Shown in pieces: positions 38,371-50,782 of a stretch of 64,000 nucleotides of DNA. Below the pieces are notes generated by a model. The model saw only the letters and a program-made list of their open reading frames with translations, had not been told where the DNA came from and searched no databases. The stretch is from Paramoeba atlantica (taxonomy: Eukaryota > Protista > Discosea). The stretch covers positions 1 to 64,000 of the forward strand of contig CDRNVI010000144.1 in assembly GCA_977017575.1 (NCBI GenBank), written 5' to 3'. Made by a program: the position numbers and the translations under genes. The stretch's first letter is position 1. The number at the start of each line of letters is the position of its first letter.

Positions 38371-39420
38371 GTCAGATTGTTGTTGTTGTCGCTTCAGGTT
38401 TTCAACCAAAGAATCGCTTCTCTTTTGGTTAAACCATCAAAACCACCACCACCACCACCACCACCACTCGCCAGAACACCAACACAACCCCTTACTACAC
38501 ATCAATTCCCATCATCTCAAATAAAGGAAGAAGACACTGGAGCATATTGTTTTGTTGTCTTATCCGATTGCCCAACCTTCGAAAATACTGTTTCATCTGA
38601 AGATTGTCCCATTGAAAGATCCCAATTTCCTCCTTTTGTTCGAATTCAATAAATATCTCTTCAACATTGAAACTGAAAGTTCACCCAAAACCCCAAATAT
38701 GCTTTTCCTTCAAAAAGAACTGAAATCAAAACCTCGCAGTAATGTACTTTTATAAGGTGATGAATTTAACCAAGGTTCAATAATTCCACCACCACCACCA
38801 CCAAACAACAACCCGCCATGATCCTTATTCTTACTATCGCCATCACAACAACTCCTACTGCTGTTTCTGTTGCCCGCCATTGCTGCTGCCACCACCACCA
38901 CCACCATCATTTCAATCATGGTGATGAGAAAAAAAAAGGCATCATCTCATTGAAGTTCAAAAAAGGTTTGAGGAATGAAGGAATACAAGAACCAACAGCT
39001 GAATTATCGAGAGCCCCGAAGCCGTTTCCGTCGAGATGATTGACTTTCCTTTAATGAATAATCTGTAATCCCACCACCACCACCCATTCTCAACAGAATT
39101 TGTTGTTCTCAACGTATAAGGTAAAAACATGTCTTTTTCGCTCGGATTCATATTCAACATCAAACGAAGAGAGGAGACAGAGATGTTTCCTTCTCTCCTT
39201 CCTCCAGCAGCAGCAGCAGCAGCAGCAGAGCAGTACTAGCAGCAGCTTTCTCCTCCTCCGTTTCCGTCGTTGTTGTTGTGTGTTGTTGTTGTTGTTGTTT
39301 GATGAGTTGTCAACGTTGTGTTGTTCTTTGTGGTTGTCTCAAGAAGAGAAGATGTTCAAAAAAATTCAAAAAAAACCTTTTCGAAAAAAGGTTATCATTG
39401 TCCTCTCTCTCGCACCACAC
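38360..39420 (-). pseudogene. Fragmented coding region of uncertain identity, possibly YEATS-like
   Basis: Minus-strand segments NGWWWWDYRLFIKGKS...IQLLVLVFLHSS, SPYKSTLLRG and FNVEEIFIEF lie in different frames. Confidence 0.25.
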
Positions 39421-40862
39421 CCTTAGTCTTTCCATGTGTACCTCTAAAAAAAGAAAACAAGAAAAAACAAAAATGTTTTTCTTCTTTTCAAAAAAAAATA
39501 AATTAATCTTTCACAATAAAAAGAATTCTTTGAAACAAAAAAAGAAAAAACCTTTTTTCGAGCTTAAACCCTCCCTCCTCAATATGTTATTCAAACATCA
39601 GAAGAAGAGAGAGAAAGAAACACAACTTTTGAACCCCCCTCTCTCTCTCCGCCCCCCTCCCTTCTTCTCTTGACTTTCATTTGTTTTGAGACTCAAAATG
39701 AGAGAAAAGAAAAAATAAATTGAGTATTCAACTTAATCTTTTCTTTTTTTTTCTCTTTGTTATATTCAACTCTGCTGTCATATTATCGTTGTTGCCTCTT
39801 CCTTTAAAAAAAGAAAGAAAGAAAAAGTAATGTTGAATTAGTGTTTTGAAGGATAAAATGAAAAAAATATTATCTTGTTGTTTTAAATTAAAAAAAAAAA
39901 AAAAGAAAACAAAAAACCTTCTTGAAACCTCTTTCTCTTTCTTTCTCTTCTCTTGAGTCTCTTTCGCTCTCCCCCCCCCCCCCCCGAAACCCTAAATCTC
40001 TTTGGATGCCGTCGATTGATTCTCTTCAATAAATCACTAATTACATAAGTTATTAAAAAATATCTCTCTTCTTTCATAATATCAAATTAGAACAAACCAG
40101 CAAAAAGAAACGATTTATCACTGCTGGAAAAGCTTGATGTTCGCTCTCTCAACAAACAATAACAAACAACAACAACACATGCATCAATTTTGTGTGAGAT
40201 GATCTTTCCTCATCTTTCTTTTCCCCCCCCTTTCTTTCGTGGTTTGCCATCATAACACATCTTCTCCCTCTCTTTCCCTCTCTTTCCCTCTTCATATACT
40301 CACAAGACCAAACATTGACAACACAACAAAAGGATCACTGGAACAACCCAAAACCCAAACCCTCTTTTCATTCCAAAAACAAAAACAAAAACAAAAACAA
40401 AAACAAAAACAAAAACAAAAAAATCGGTGTCCCGAATTAAAAGACACCTTTTCAAATTGTTCATTTTTTTTTTATCAAAGAATATTTTTATTTGTTTCAA
40501 AAATAAATATCTTGTTCAAAAGAAACCCAAAAGAAACCCAAACACCCAACAAGATAAAATATGTGTTCATCAAACAATAGAAATCAAGAAGAGAAAATCC
40601 TCAAAGTCAAGCGTACAGTATAATATGACCACGAAATTCATGCGATTTTTGAGCGGAGTCCACAATTAAGCAGCACCTCTCACAAGAATTCCTTTTTCAC
40701 AACTCAACTTGAAGTTTTTGAATAACAATTGTTTTTGTTTGAATAAACAAACAAATAAACAAAAAATCAAAAACTGTAAGCTTTCATTGAATGATTTTCT
40801 TTTTCTGTCTTCTATTTTTGAATCAACATATTTCAACATGTTGTGTGTGTTGTGTGTGATAT

Positions 40863-40940
40863 GGGGGGAAGGGGGGGGAAGGGGGGGGGGGAAGGGGGGG
40901 GGGGGAAGGGGGGGGGGAAGGGGGGGGAAGGGGGGGGGGG
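40863..40940 (+). repeat. (G7-12 AA)n tract, potential G-quadruplex, ~225 bp upstream of the TET/JBP ATG
   Basis: Seven G runs separated by AA. Confidence 0.8.
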
Positions 40941-41164
40941 AGAGGTTTTGTGTTGTGTGTGAGTGTCAATTTTGAGGAGGTCACGGAAAGAAAAAGAAGA
41001 AAAAAAGAGAAAAGGCCAACGCGGCGGCGTGGCGTGTCACATTTAATTTTGCACTCTAAAAAAAGAGTGCTAAAAATTTCTCTCAAAAATCTCTCTTTTT
41101 TTGATTTCTCTTTTGCTCTCTCTCTCTCTCTCTCAATCTCTTTCGATAATCTCTCTCTCTCTCA

Positions 41165-42592
41165 ATGGCTGATTCTCAAGGGTTAGAAACTTCTGTTCAA
41201 AAACTCTTAAAGGAACATAATGATTTGGTTTTGAATGCTTGTCTCAAAATCAATGATTATATTCTTCTTTCTGAAACAACAATGACAAAAAACTCGCTGC
41301 CGCCACCACCACCACTACTGCCACCCTCATCGAGTGACCCTTGGTTTCGGTATCAAACTCATCAATCCTCTCCCCCAAGTGAAGCTAAAATCACTACACG
41401 AAAGAAGCCACCAAAACAATTAAACATTTGGTTGAATTCATTTCCTTTCGCTCTTCCGGCTATCTTTTTTTCTCTCCTCTCTCCCTACGAAAATGAGTTG
41501 AAAGAAAAGAAACTCAAAATGGTTCATCTCTTCTGTGCTGTTCTCCACTCTCTTGGACTTGAAACAAAACCTTCTTCTTCTTATTCTATGATCAAACAAT
41601 CGATTTCTTTTCATCGTCTCCAAGATCTCAGTCGAAATTTTTTTACAAAACCACCAGAGAATTCATGGAACGTCACGATAATATGCAAAAACCAAATTCA
41701 CCAAACGAAAACTCTTCCTCATCCTTCAAATCATGACCTTCAGAATCGTCACCTTTCTTGGTCTAAGATTCAGCCTGGATCAGGTCAATATCCTGTCCAA
41801 CTTATTCACGATGAACAGAGCGGAAAGTTTCTTGCTTGTTGCTTCAAGTTAGATTCTGAACATCAAAAGAAAAGAGAATCAATTATTGATTTGATAAAAA
41901 TTATTGTCGACTCTCACAACAATGTTCGAAAAGCTGAAACGAACTCGAAAACTCGATCTGGAACAATGGTTGGCTCGAATGGTCGGTTTGATGATTTTAA
42001 AAAGATGAGAACAATTTATGCTTTTAAAATAGGACTTCAAAGATGTGCTGATATTGTTTCAATTTTAAGTGATACAGTTTCGTTTTTGCATACTCTTCTC
42101 GTTAATTATTTTGCGGTCGCGGTGAAACAACTTAATCTCCCGGTGATCAAGGAAGATTTTTCAAAGTCCATTCTTGCCGATTATTTTCGTGATCAGACAG
42201 TTCAACCGAAATCAGCAATTCCAATCTTTGGTACTCACCAATATGTTGCAAATGCTCATACTGATAAAGATAAATCATTGACTTATGGTTTTTGCTTTCA
42301 AGAGAAGGGCGCAAAAGGTCGAAAGTTATTTTTCCCACAACACAAATTTTTTTTGGATTTAACCGATTCCTGTGCATTTATTTTTGATGGGACTGTTTCA
42401 CATGGGACAACTGAAGCAGGGCACAAACATCTTTCTCGATGGACTTGTGCAATGGTTGATAAAGGGGTTAATGAAAAAGATGAAAAACGGCAACTAAACC
42501 TTGATCTCAAACGAAAAACAAACCAATCACCTCAACAACAACAAACCCTAAAAACCAAAAAAAAACCAAAAATAAAACAAACTAAAAATTGA
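41165..42592 (+). CDS. TET/JBP-family 2OG-Fe(II) dioxygenase, intronless, 475 aa
   Basis: TRSGTMVGSNGR N-terminal motif; NAHTDKD (HxD, 42257-42265); LFFP...AFIFDGTVSHGT (distal His at 42401); final SRW arginine. This is the motif order of Tet_JBP domains. Confidence 0.8.
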   Translation: MADSQGLETSVQKLLKEHNDLVLNACLKINDYILLSETTMTKNSLPPPPPLLPPSSSDPWFRYQTHQSSPPSEAKITTRKKPPKQLNIWLNSFPFALPAIFFSLLSPYENELKEKKLKMVHLFCAVLHSLGLETKPSSSYSMIKQSISFHRLQDLSRNFFTKPPENSWNVTIICKNQIHQTKTLPHPSNHDLQNRHLSWSKIQPGSGQYPVQLIHDEQSGKFLACCFKLDSEHQKKRESIIDLIKIIVDSHNNVRKAETNSKTRSGTMVGSNGRFDDFKKMRTIYAFKIGLQRCADIVSILSDTVSFLHTLLVNYFAVAVKQLNLPVIKEDFSKSILADYFRDQTVQPKSAIPIFGTHQYVANAHTDKDKSLTYGFCFQEKGAKGRKLFFPQHKFFLDLTDSCAFIFDGTVSHGTTEAGHKHLSRWTCAMVDKGVNEKDEKRQLNLDLKRKTNQSPQQQQTLKTKKKPKIKQTKN

Positions 42593-43219
42593 TTTTTTTT
42601 ATTAATTTTTTAATTATTTTATTAATTATTTTTTTGATTTTTGAAAAAAAACAAACCCTAAACCCTTAAACCCTTTTCTTCTATTATTTTGAACTCCAAA
42701 AAACAAAAAGAGAAAGTAAAAGAAAAAAAATAAATCAGAAAAGAGGAGAGAGATTAACTAGCCGTGGGGGGGCGGTACGTATCAGAGATGAAACAAAAGA
42801 GGGGAGAGCAAATTGAGTACAGAGGGAGGGAGAGAGGGAGGGAGGGAAAAAAAGGAGCAATGAAAGGAGAGGGAGGGAAGCTTGTAAATCCTAATTGGTG
42901 GCCCACAATATCACCCCTAAACCCCCAAGAATACTTTAGGAAGAAAGAAAGAGGCAAAAAAGGAAAATCAGCAAAAAGAAAAAAGAAAAAGAAAACAAAA
43001 CAAAACAAAAAAAAAGAGAGAAAAAAGAAAAAAAAAAAAAAGAGAGGAAGAAAGAAGGAGAAGAGAAAAAAAAGGATCGGAGGAGCAAGAGAGACAAAAA
43101 AGAATAAAAGAGAGAAAAAAAAAAAGAAAAAGAAGAGAAAAAATAAAAGAAAAAAAAGAAAAAAAACCAAAGCACAAAGAATCCCAGTCCAGTACTTATT
43201 TCTTGGTGGTTTCAAAGCA

Positions 43220-43670
43220 AGAGTAAATCACAAAAGAAATAAGATGATACAATTTTCAATAAATAAAAGAACATTCTCTGAAAGAAAAAACATTAAAACA
43301 AAAAGTTATTTAAATATTATTTAAAAAAATATCAGAAAAAAGAAACTGAACCCCTAACCCATCACATCACATTGTGCTTTATTTGAGAGAAAAATAGGCT
43401 TCTTTGGATACAGTAAATCACAAGAGAATAAGACGATATCATTTTCAATAAATAAAGAACAGTTTCTGAAGGAAAAAACAATAAACCCAAAATTATTTAA
43501 ATATTATTTAAAAAAATACTGGAAAAAAGAAACGGAACCCCTCACATCACATCACATTGTGCTTTATCTGAGAGAAAAATAGGATTCTTTGAATAGAGTA
43601 AATCACAAGGGAATAAGACGATGTAATTTTCAATGATAAAGAACAGTTTCTAAAGAAAAAAACAATTAAA
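43220..43670. repeat. ~188-bp tandem repeat (about 2.4 copies), each an exon plus intron unit on the minus strand
   Basis: gagtaaatcaca...cacatcacattgtgctttat repeats. The minus-strand exon reads NCSLFIENDIVLFSCDLLYPKKPIFLSNKAQCDVM|GT. Confidence 0.85.
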
Positions 43671-43689
43671 ATAACAACGATAATTGGTA

Positions 43690-46600
43690 AAGGTGAAAAA
43701 ATTATCGCTTCAAACCTTATTAATTAAAACCCCAACAAACACACACACACACAGGTGAGAGAGAGAGAACTCTGGAGAAAGAGAAAAGAAAAAAGATTAG
43801 TGTTAAAAAAGGAAGGAAGGGGAGGAGGGAAAGGGGAGGGATAAAATGAATGTGGTAATCTTTATAATACATGCACACATCATTGATATTTGACAAACAA
43901 CCTCTCAATAATCGATAAGGGTTTAGGGTGTCCATTCACCTTGCAATCCAACACACACAAACACTTTCGTGCACAACACTCTCAACACTCTCCAAGAGTG
44001 TGCTTTGGGAGAGCAAAACGTAGCCAGGACCAAAAAATGGAGCCCACACCAGCAAGTTAGAGAAAGGCACTGGTTTGTCAAAGTAAAATCATGCACAGTT
44101 AATCCCAACTACTTCCAAGGAGGAAACTCACGGGGGTTCCAGAGTTCCATCGAAAAATCCCAACTTCAAACCCAAAGAGAGACAACCAAAAAAAAAAAAC
44201 AGCGAAAAGGGTGTCCCCCCCTTGGTGTGTCCCTTCTGAGAAAAACAGAAACTGACTGGAGAAAGAAAGGGGTTTCATTGAATGGAGGGGGAAATATGAG
44301 GGGAAAAACACAAAGAAAAAGAATCAAAGAAAACATATATGACCAAAAACAAACACTAAAACCCCCGATGAAATTCACAACAACAACAACATGATGGTGG
44401 AAGTGGGATGATAGAGCACAGAGCAAGGGGGGGCATCCTCCGACAAACTCAACAATCAGACATTAACAAAAACAAACTCTCGGTTTAAGTTCTCCTTTTA
44501 TATTAAGAATTCTATGAATTTCCAACAAACATCTTAACAACAAAGGAACAATACAACAGCAATTTGTGATGAAACACAAATAAAGACCATCCAAAACGCT
44601 CCCTAAACCCTTTTGGGAAAACCCGAAGGAAACACACAAAACAACACATCAAATCAGGAAGCATCTTTGTGAGTCGCAACACACACACACACTTTGATAT
44701 TTTTAACAAACAATAACAATCTCTCGATATATTGATAAAGGGTTTTAGGCTGTCCATTCACCTTACGATTGGTGGGGGGAGGGGATATGGCAGGAAGGAA
44801 CTAAAAGGGAAAGAGAAAAGGAAAAGATTAGTGTTCAAAGGAATGAAGGAGGGATAGAAGAAAAAAAAGAGGAAGAGAATAAAAGAAAACAAACATAACA
44901 GTTATGCAACGATGGTGGTGGAGATCAATGGCAATCTTTGTGACATATTTGATAAACAATCTCTCGATATATTGATAATATTGGTGTCCATTCACTTTGC
45001 AATCCAACACACAAACCCTTACCTCAATTAAAACACCTCACAAACCTGATGAGAACTGAAAGAGAAAAGAGAAAAGAGAAAAAAGAAAAGAGAAAGGAAG
45101 GATTTCGTTCAGTTCAATGTAAGGGGGAAAAGGGAAGAAATACAAAGCAAAACAAAAACAAAACAAAAACAAAAATAAAACCAATGAATTTTACAACAAT
45201 ATATTATTATAGAAGTTGGTGTGGATCAATTAAAACAAAAAAAAACAGAGAACTGCCAGTTCAAAAAACAAAAAAAGAGAGAGAGAAAACCAGATGATTG
45301 TTTGGGGCTTTTGAAAAATTATTGTCGAATATTTTAGGAACAACACACGTCGTGAAACAGCAGCACACTTCCGGAACACAAGAAGTCAAGAAATTATCCA
45401 ACAATAACAATGACATCTCTCTTTTTTTTAAAAAAAAAAAACATAATCAGGAAAAAAGAGAGAAAAGAGAGGGAAAAGAGAGGGAAAAGAGAGGGAAAAG
45501 AGGAAAGAAAAAGAAAACCAGAAAAGGAGAGTGAACACACAACAAAGCCTTTGAAGAAGAGAAACATGATTCTTTTTTTTAACAAATATATTTACTTGCT
45601 GATTACAAAACTCATCTCCCTTCGAAAAAAAAAATCAGTTTGGAACAACAATTAAAAGAAAAGAAAAAGAAAGAGAAAGAGAAAAAAGAAGAAAAGAAAG
45701 AAAAGAAAAGAAAACCAAAAAAAACATTGTAAAAACTGTTCAAACTAAGGAAACAAAATTTTAGAATCTTATTTGGTGAGAAGAAAGAGAACAAAAAGGA
45801 CACACCAAGAGGAGGGGGTAGGAGAAAACAAAAAGAAAACAGAAACAAAAAAGAAATGATCTATCAATCGTCAAACGAATGGAGAGAAAAGACAGTCAAA
45901 CCAAAAAAAATCAAAACAACCACCTTTTATCATGAAAAGGAGGGGGGAAACACAAAGAAGGAGGAGAATAAAAGAAAACAAAAAAAAAAGAAAACAAACA
46001 CTAAACACCATGATTCGCAATAATAATAATTGGTAACGGCGAGATATTATCGCTTCAAACCTTATCAATTAAAACCCCAACAAACACCCACAAGCAAGAG
46101 AGAGAGAGAACTCTGGAGAAAGAGAAAAGAGAAAAGATTAGTGTTAAAAGGAATGAGGGGGAGAGAGGGAGGAAAAAGAGGAAGAGAATAAAAGAAAACA
46201 AACCCTTCATATAACAATGCAACAATGATAGTGGAGATCAATGGTTTCTTTGTGACACACACTACTGATATATTGACAAACAATCTCTCTTAATATTGAG
46301 GCAATTCAACACACAAACACTTTTGCACGCAACAACAACACTCCCCAAGAGCTCTTTGCAATGCAACAGCAAAGTGTATTGCTTGATCATCACCCAAAAC
46401 CCTTTCAATCAAGACCCACATCTTGAATGTGGGAATAGCAGCAGCAGGAATAAGTGGTTTTAAAATCCTTATCAATTAAAACACCTCACAAACCCTGATG
46501 AGAACTGAAAGAGAAAAGAGAAAAGAGAAAAGAGAAAAGAGAAAAGAGAAAGGATTTTGTTCAGTTCGACGGAAAGAAATACAAAACAAAACAAAAACAA

Positions 46601-47350
46601 AACAAAAACAAAAATAAAACCAATGAATTTTATAATAATATATTATCGAGGTGGTGGATCAATCAAAACAAAAAAAAAAAACAGAGAACTGCTAGTTCAA
46701 AAAACAGAAAAAGAGAGAAGAAAGAGAAAGAAAACCAGATGATTGTTTGGGGTTTTTGAAAAATTATTGTCGAATATTCGGAACAACACACGTCATGAAA
46801 CAGCAGCACACTTGCGTAACACAAGAAGTCAAAAAATCATCCATCAACAATGATGACATTCTCTCTCTTTTAAAAAAAACATAATCAGGAAAAAAGAGAT
46901 AAAAGAGAGAAGGAGAGAGGAAAGATAAAAGAAAACCAGAAAAGGAGAGCGAACACACACAACAAAGCCATTGAAGAAAAGAAATACGATTCTTTTTTTT
47001 TAACAAATATATTTATTTCCTGATTACAAAACTCATTCTCCCTTTGAAAAAAAATCAGTTTGGAACGACCAATTAAAAGAAAAGAAAAAAAAAAAAAAAA
47101 AAAAAAGAAATGAAAGAAAAGAAAACTGGAAAAAAACTTAGTAAAAACTGTTCGAACCAAGGAAACAAAATTTCAGAATCTTATTTGGTGAGGAAAAAGA
47201 GAACAAAAAGTGCACCAAGAGGAGGGGGGCAGGAGGAAACAAAAAGAAAACAGAAACAAAAAAGAAATGATCCATTGTCGATCAAACGAACGGAGAGAAA
47301 AGAGAGAGAAAAGACGGTCAAACCAAAAAAAACAAAACGACCACCTTTTC
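43690..47350. repeat. Segmental tandem duplications of an intron-rich gene relic
   Basis: 45020-45925 is repeated at 46470-47350, and 43690-43990 is repeated at 46025-46330. Confidence 0.85.
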
Positions 47351-47577
47351 ACGCGAAAAAGCAATTCATCATTTATTTTTAGCACTCTAAAATATATGTC
47401 AGCCTTTTTACTACCTTTCGGCTTTGGAGTAGATGAATTTTTATATTTTATTTTTTATGTCTTTTTCAATAAAACGAAAATAACAAAAATACTCACAAGA
47501 AAATCTGATTCGATATTTTGCCGCCCAAAAATCTTTTATTTTTTGTCTTTTTTTGTTTTTCGCCTTGAAAAACATGC

Positions 47578-50395
47578 TGTTGCTTGTTCGGGGGAGGGTG
47601 ATGAAGGGAGTCGCGGTCAGGGGGGCAAAGGGAAAAGACTTTTTTTTGCTTCTTTCAAACAACTCTTTTTTTGTTTTCTTTGTGTGTGTAAAAAAAAGAG
47701 AAAAAGAGTTGATCTTGATGAGGTGAGAGATCGCTTCAAAGACTACACGCGGAGAGAGGAAGGAAGAATTGTGGTGTGGATTGCTCAGAACATTATTCCT
47801 CCCCTATGTGATCAGGTTTTTCTTTGTTTCCTCTCAGTGTTTTTTTTTTTTTTTTAGTCCTTTCTCTCCTCTTTTCCCCCCCTTTTTTTTTGGTTTTTGA
47901 TCTCTTTTCCTTTTGTTTGTGTGTCTTTTGTTTGTGTGTCTTTTGTTCGCCACCCTAAACCCTTGTTTGTCACACTTGTTTTCGTTATGTTTATTTTTCC
48001 TTTCTTGGGTATCATGATGGATGAGGTTTGAGATGTGGTTCTCTTCATCCTTTTGTTTGTCTTGTCTTTTTTATTTGTTCTTCTTTCTTTGTTCTTTTGT
48101 TCGTTCTTTTCTTTGTCTTTTTGTGTCCTCTTTGCTCTTCCTTTCCCCCCTTTTCCCCCTTCCCTTTCACTCTCCCTTCCCTAAACCCTTTTCTGTTGCG
48201 AACCCCTACCTTGTTCTGTTGTCTTCTATTCATTTTGAAGTCTTTCTCACTGCTCTTTCCTGTCGAATCTCCCCCGTCGATTCTCCCCTCTTCTGTTTTT
48301 CTCCTGCCTCCTTTCTTACCTTTTCCTCAAAAATTTGTTTTCTCACTTTGATTGTTCTTTCTTATTTGGAGTGTTTTCCTCTTTTGTGTTTTTCCCTCTC
48401 TTTTGTCTTTCGTTGGTGCTCTCTGTGCTCCTTCAACAACAACAACCCTGCCTGCTGTGTTTTGATTCATCCTTTTGTTTTTTGCCACATTTGATTTTTT
48501 TCTGTGTTTTCTCTCTTTGAATATTTTCTCTTTTGTTCAAAACCCTATTCTTTCTTTTGTTGTTGTTGTTCCTTTTATTTGATATAAACCACACCTTCTG
48601 CTTTTTCGATTTGATCTTTGGATTGACTTTCGTTTATTGTTTTGTTGTTTTTCTGTGGAGATCTCATCAATCCTGACATTTTCCCTTTCCCCTCCCCCCC
48701 AAATCTTCGCTTCCCCCTCTTTTCCTTTTCTCTTTTGTTGATATCTCCCCATCTTTACTCTAATAACCTTATTCTCTTTCTTCTCTCTTTCTAAACCTTT
48801 TTTTCTTTCAATAGAGTGTAGTTGTGGGGTAGAGGAAGTTTTTCTCCTAATTTGTCGTCATTGCAATCTTTTTCTCTTTCTTTTTTTTCAATCTCTTTTT
48901 TGCAAGTACTTTTTTCTTTTTTTTTTCATTTTCTCTTTCTCTTTCTCTCTTTTAAAGAAATAAAATAGAATGATCAATTATTGCTTGTTTGGGGGAGGGT
49001 GATGGAGGGAGTCAAAGTTAGGGGGGCGGCAAGGGGAAGAGACTTTTTTTTGCTTCTTTCATCAAACAACTCTTTTTTTGTTTTCTTTGTGTGTGTAAAA
49101 AAAAGAGAAAAAGAGTTGATCTTGATGAGGTGAGAGATTGCTTCAAAAACCACACGCGGAGAGAGAGGAAGGAAGAATTGTGGTGTGGATTGCTCAGAAC
49201 ATTATCCCTCCCCTATGTGATCAGGTTTTTCTTCTTTGTTTCCTCTCAGTGTTTTTTTTTTTTGTTTTGGTCCTTTCTCTCCTCTTCTCCCCCCTTTCCT
49301 TTTTTTTTTGGGTTTTTGATTTCTTTTCCTTTTGTTTGTGTGTCTTTTGTTCGCTACCCTAAACCCTTGTTCATTACACTTGTTTTCGTCATGTTTATTT
49401 TTCCTTTCTTGGGTATCATGATGGATGAGGCTTGAGATGCGGTTCTCTTCATCCTTTTGTTTGTCTTGTCTTTTTTATTTGTTCTTCTTTCTTTGTTCTT
49501 TTGTTCGTTCTTTTCTTTATTGTCTTTTTGTGTCCTCTTTGCTCTTCCTTTTTCCCCTTTTTCCCCTTTCCCTTTCCACCTTATTCTGTATTTCAAACCT
49601 CTACCTTGTTCTGTTGTTTTCTATTCATTTTGAAGTCTTTCTCACTGCTCTTTCCTGTTGAATCTCCCCCTGGTTGATTCTCCCCTCTTTTGTTTTTCTC
49701 CTGTCTCCTTTCTTACCTTTTCCTCAAAAATTTGTGTTTTCTTCTCACTTTGATTGTTCTTTCTTATTTGGAGTGTTTTCCTCTTTTGTGTTTTTCCCTC
49801 TCTTTTGTCTTTCGTTGGTGCTCCTTCAACAACAACAACCCTGCCTGCTGTGTTTTGATTCATCCTTTTGTTTTTTGTCACAATTGATTTTTTTCTGTGT
49901 TTTCTCTCTTTGAATATTTTCTCTTTTGTTCAAAACCCTATTCTTTCTTTCTTTCTTTTGTTGTTCCTTTTATTTGATATAAACCACACCTTCTGCTTTT
50001 TTTCAATTTGATCTTTGGATTGACTTTCATTTATTGTTTTGTTGTTTATTTTCTGTGGGGATCTCATCAATCCTCTGACATTTTCCCTTTCCCCCCCTCC
50101 CCTCCCCCCCCCCAAATCTTCACTTCTCCCCTCTTTTCCTTTTCTCTTTCGTTGATATCTCCCCATCTTTACTCTAATAACCTTATTCTCTCTCTTCTCT
50201 CTTTTTAAATCTTTTTTTCTTTCAATAGAGTGTAGTTGTGGGGCAGAGGAAGTTTTTCTCCCCAAATTTGTCGTCGTTGCAATCTTTTTTTCTCTCTTTT
50301 TTTTCAATCTCTTTTGCAAGTACTTTTTTCTTTTTTTTTCATTTTCTTTTCTCTTTCTCTCTTTTAAAGAAATAAAATAGAATGACCAATTGCTG
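47578..50395. repeat. ~1.4-kb direct tandem duplication (47578-48979 and 48980-50395) carrying short plus-strand exon-like segments
   Basis: Both copies start ttgcttgtt(c/t)gggggagggtgatg and end aaagaaataaaatagaatga; both contain DLDEVRD(R/C)FK. Confidence 0.9.
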
Positions 50396-50782
50396 CTGCT
50401 GCTGTGTTGTTGTTGTGGTCAGATGTCAACTATCACCCCATCTGCCTCTCCCCGAACAAAAATATCATTGCTTTTTGGAGTCATTTTTGAGTGCTGCTAA
50501 ATCAGGTTTACTTCTTTTATGGTAATTAGTTGTTGTTGATTAATTATTTATTGTTCTTTGTTTGTTCTTTGTGTGAAATTCTTATATATGAAAATTATTA
50601 ATATTTTGGGGATGATTATTTATTGTTAATATTTAACATGTTATTTTTCTGTTGTATTATCAATCCATTTTTATTAAGGTTTTGCTTTCATATATTTGTT
50701 GCTCTTGAATAATATAACACCTCTCTTTGTTTTGGTTTGATTCCTGGTTGGTTCTTATTTTTTAATTTTTTATTTTTTTTTT

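Noticed and set aside
22300-42800. Terminal repeats or TSD delimiting the TET/ParB island as one transposon
   Set aside because: None were found on inspection; mobility of the island remains an inference.
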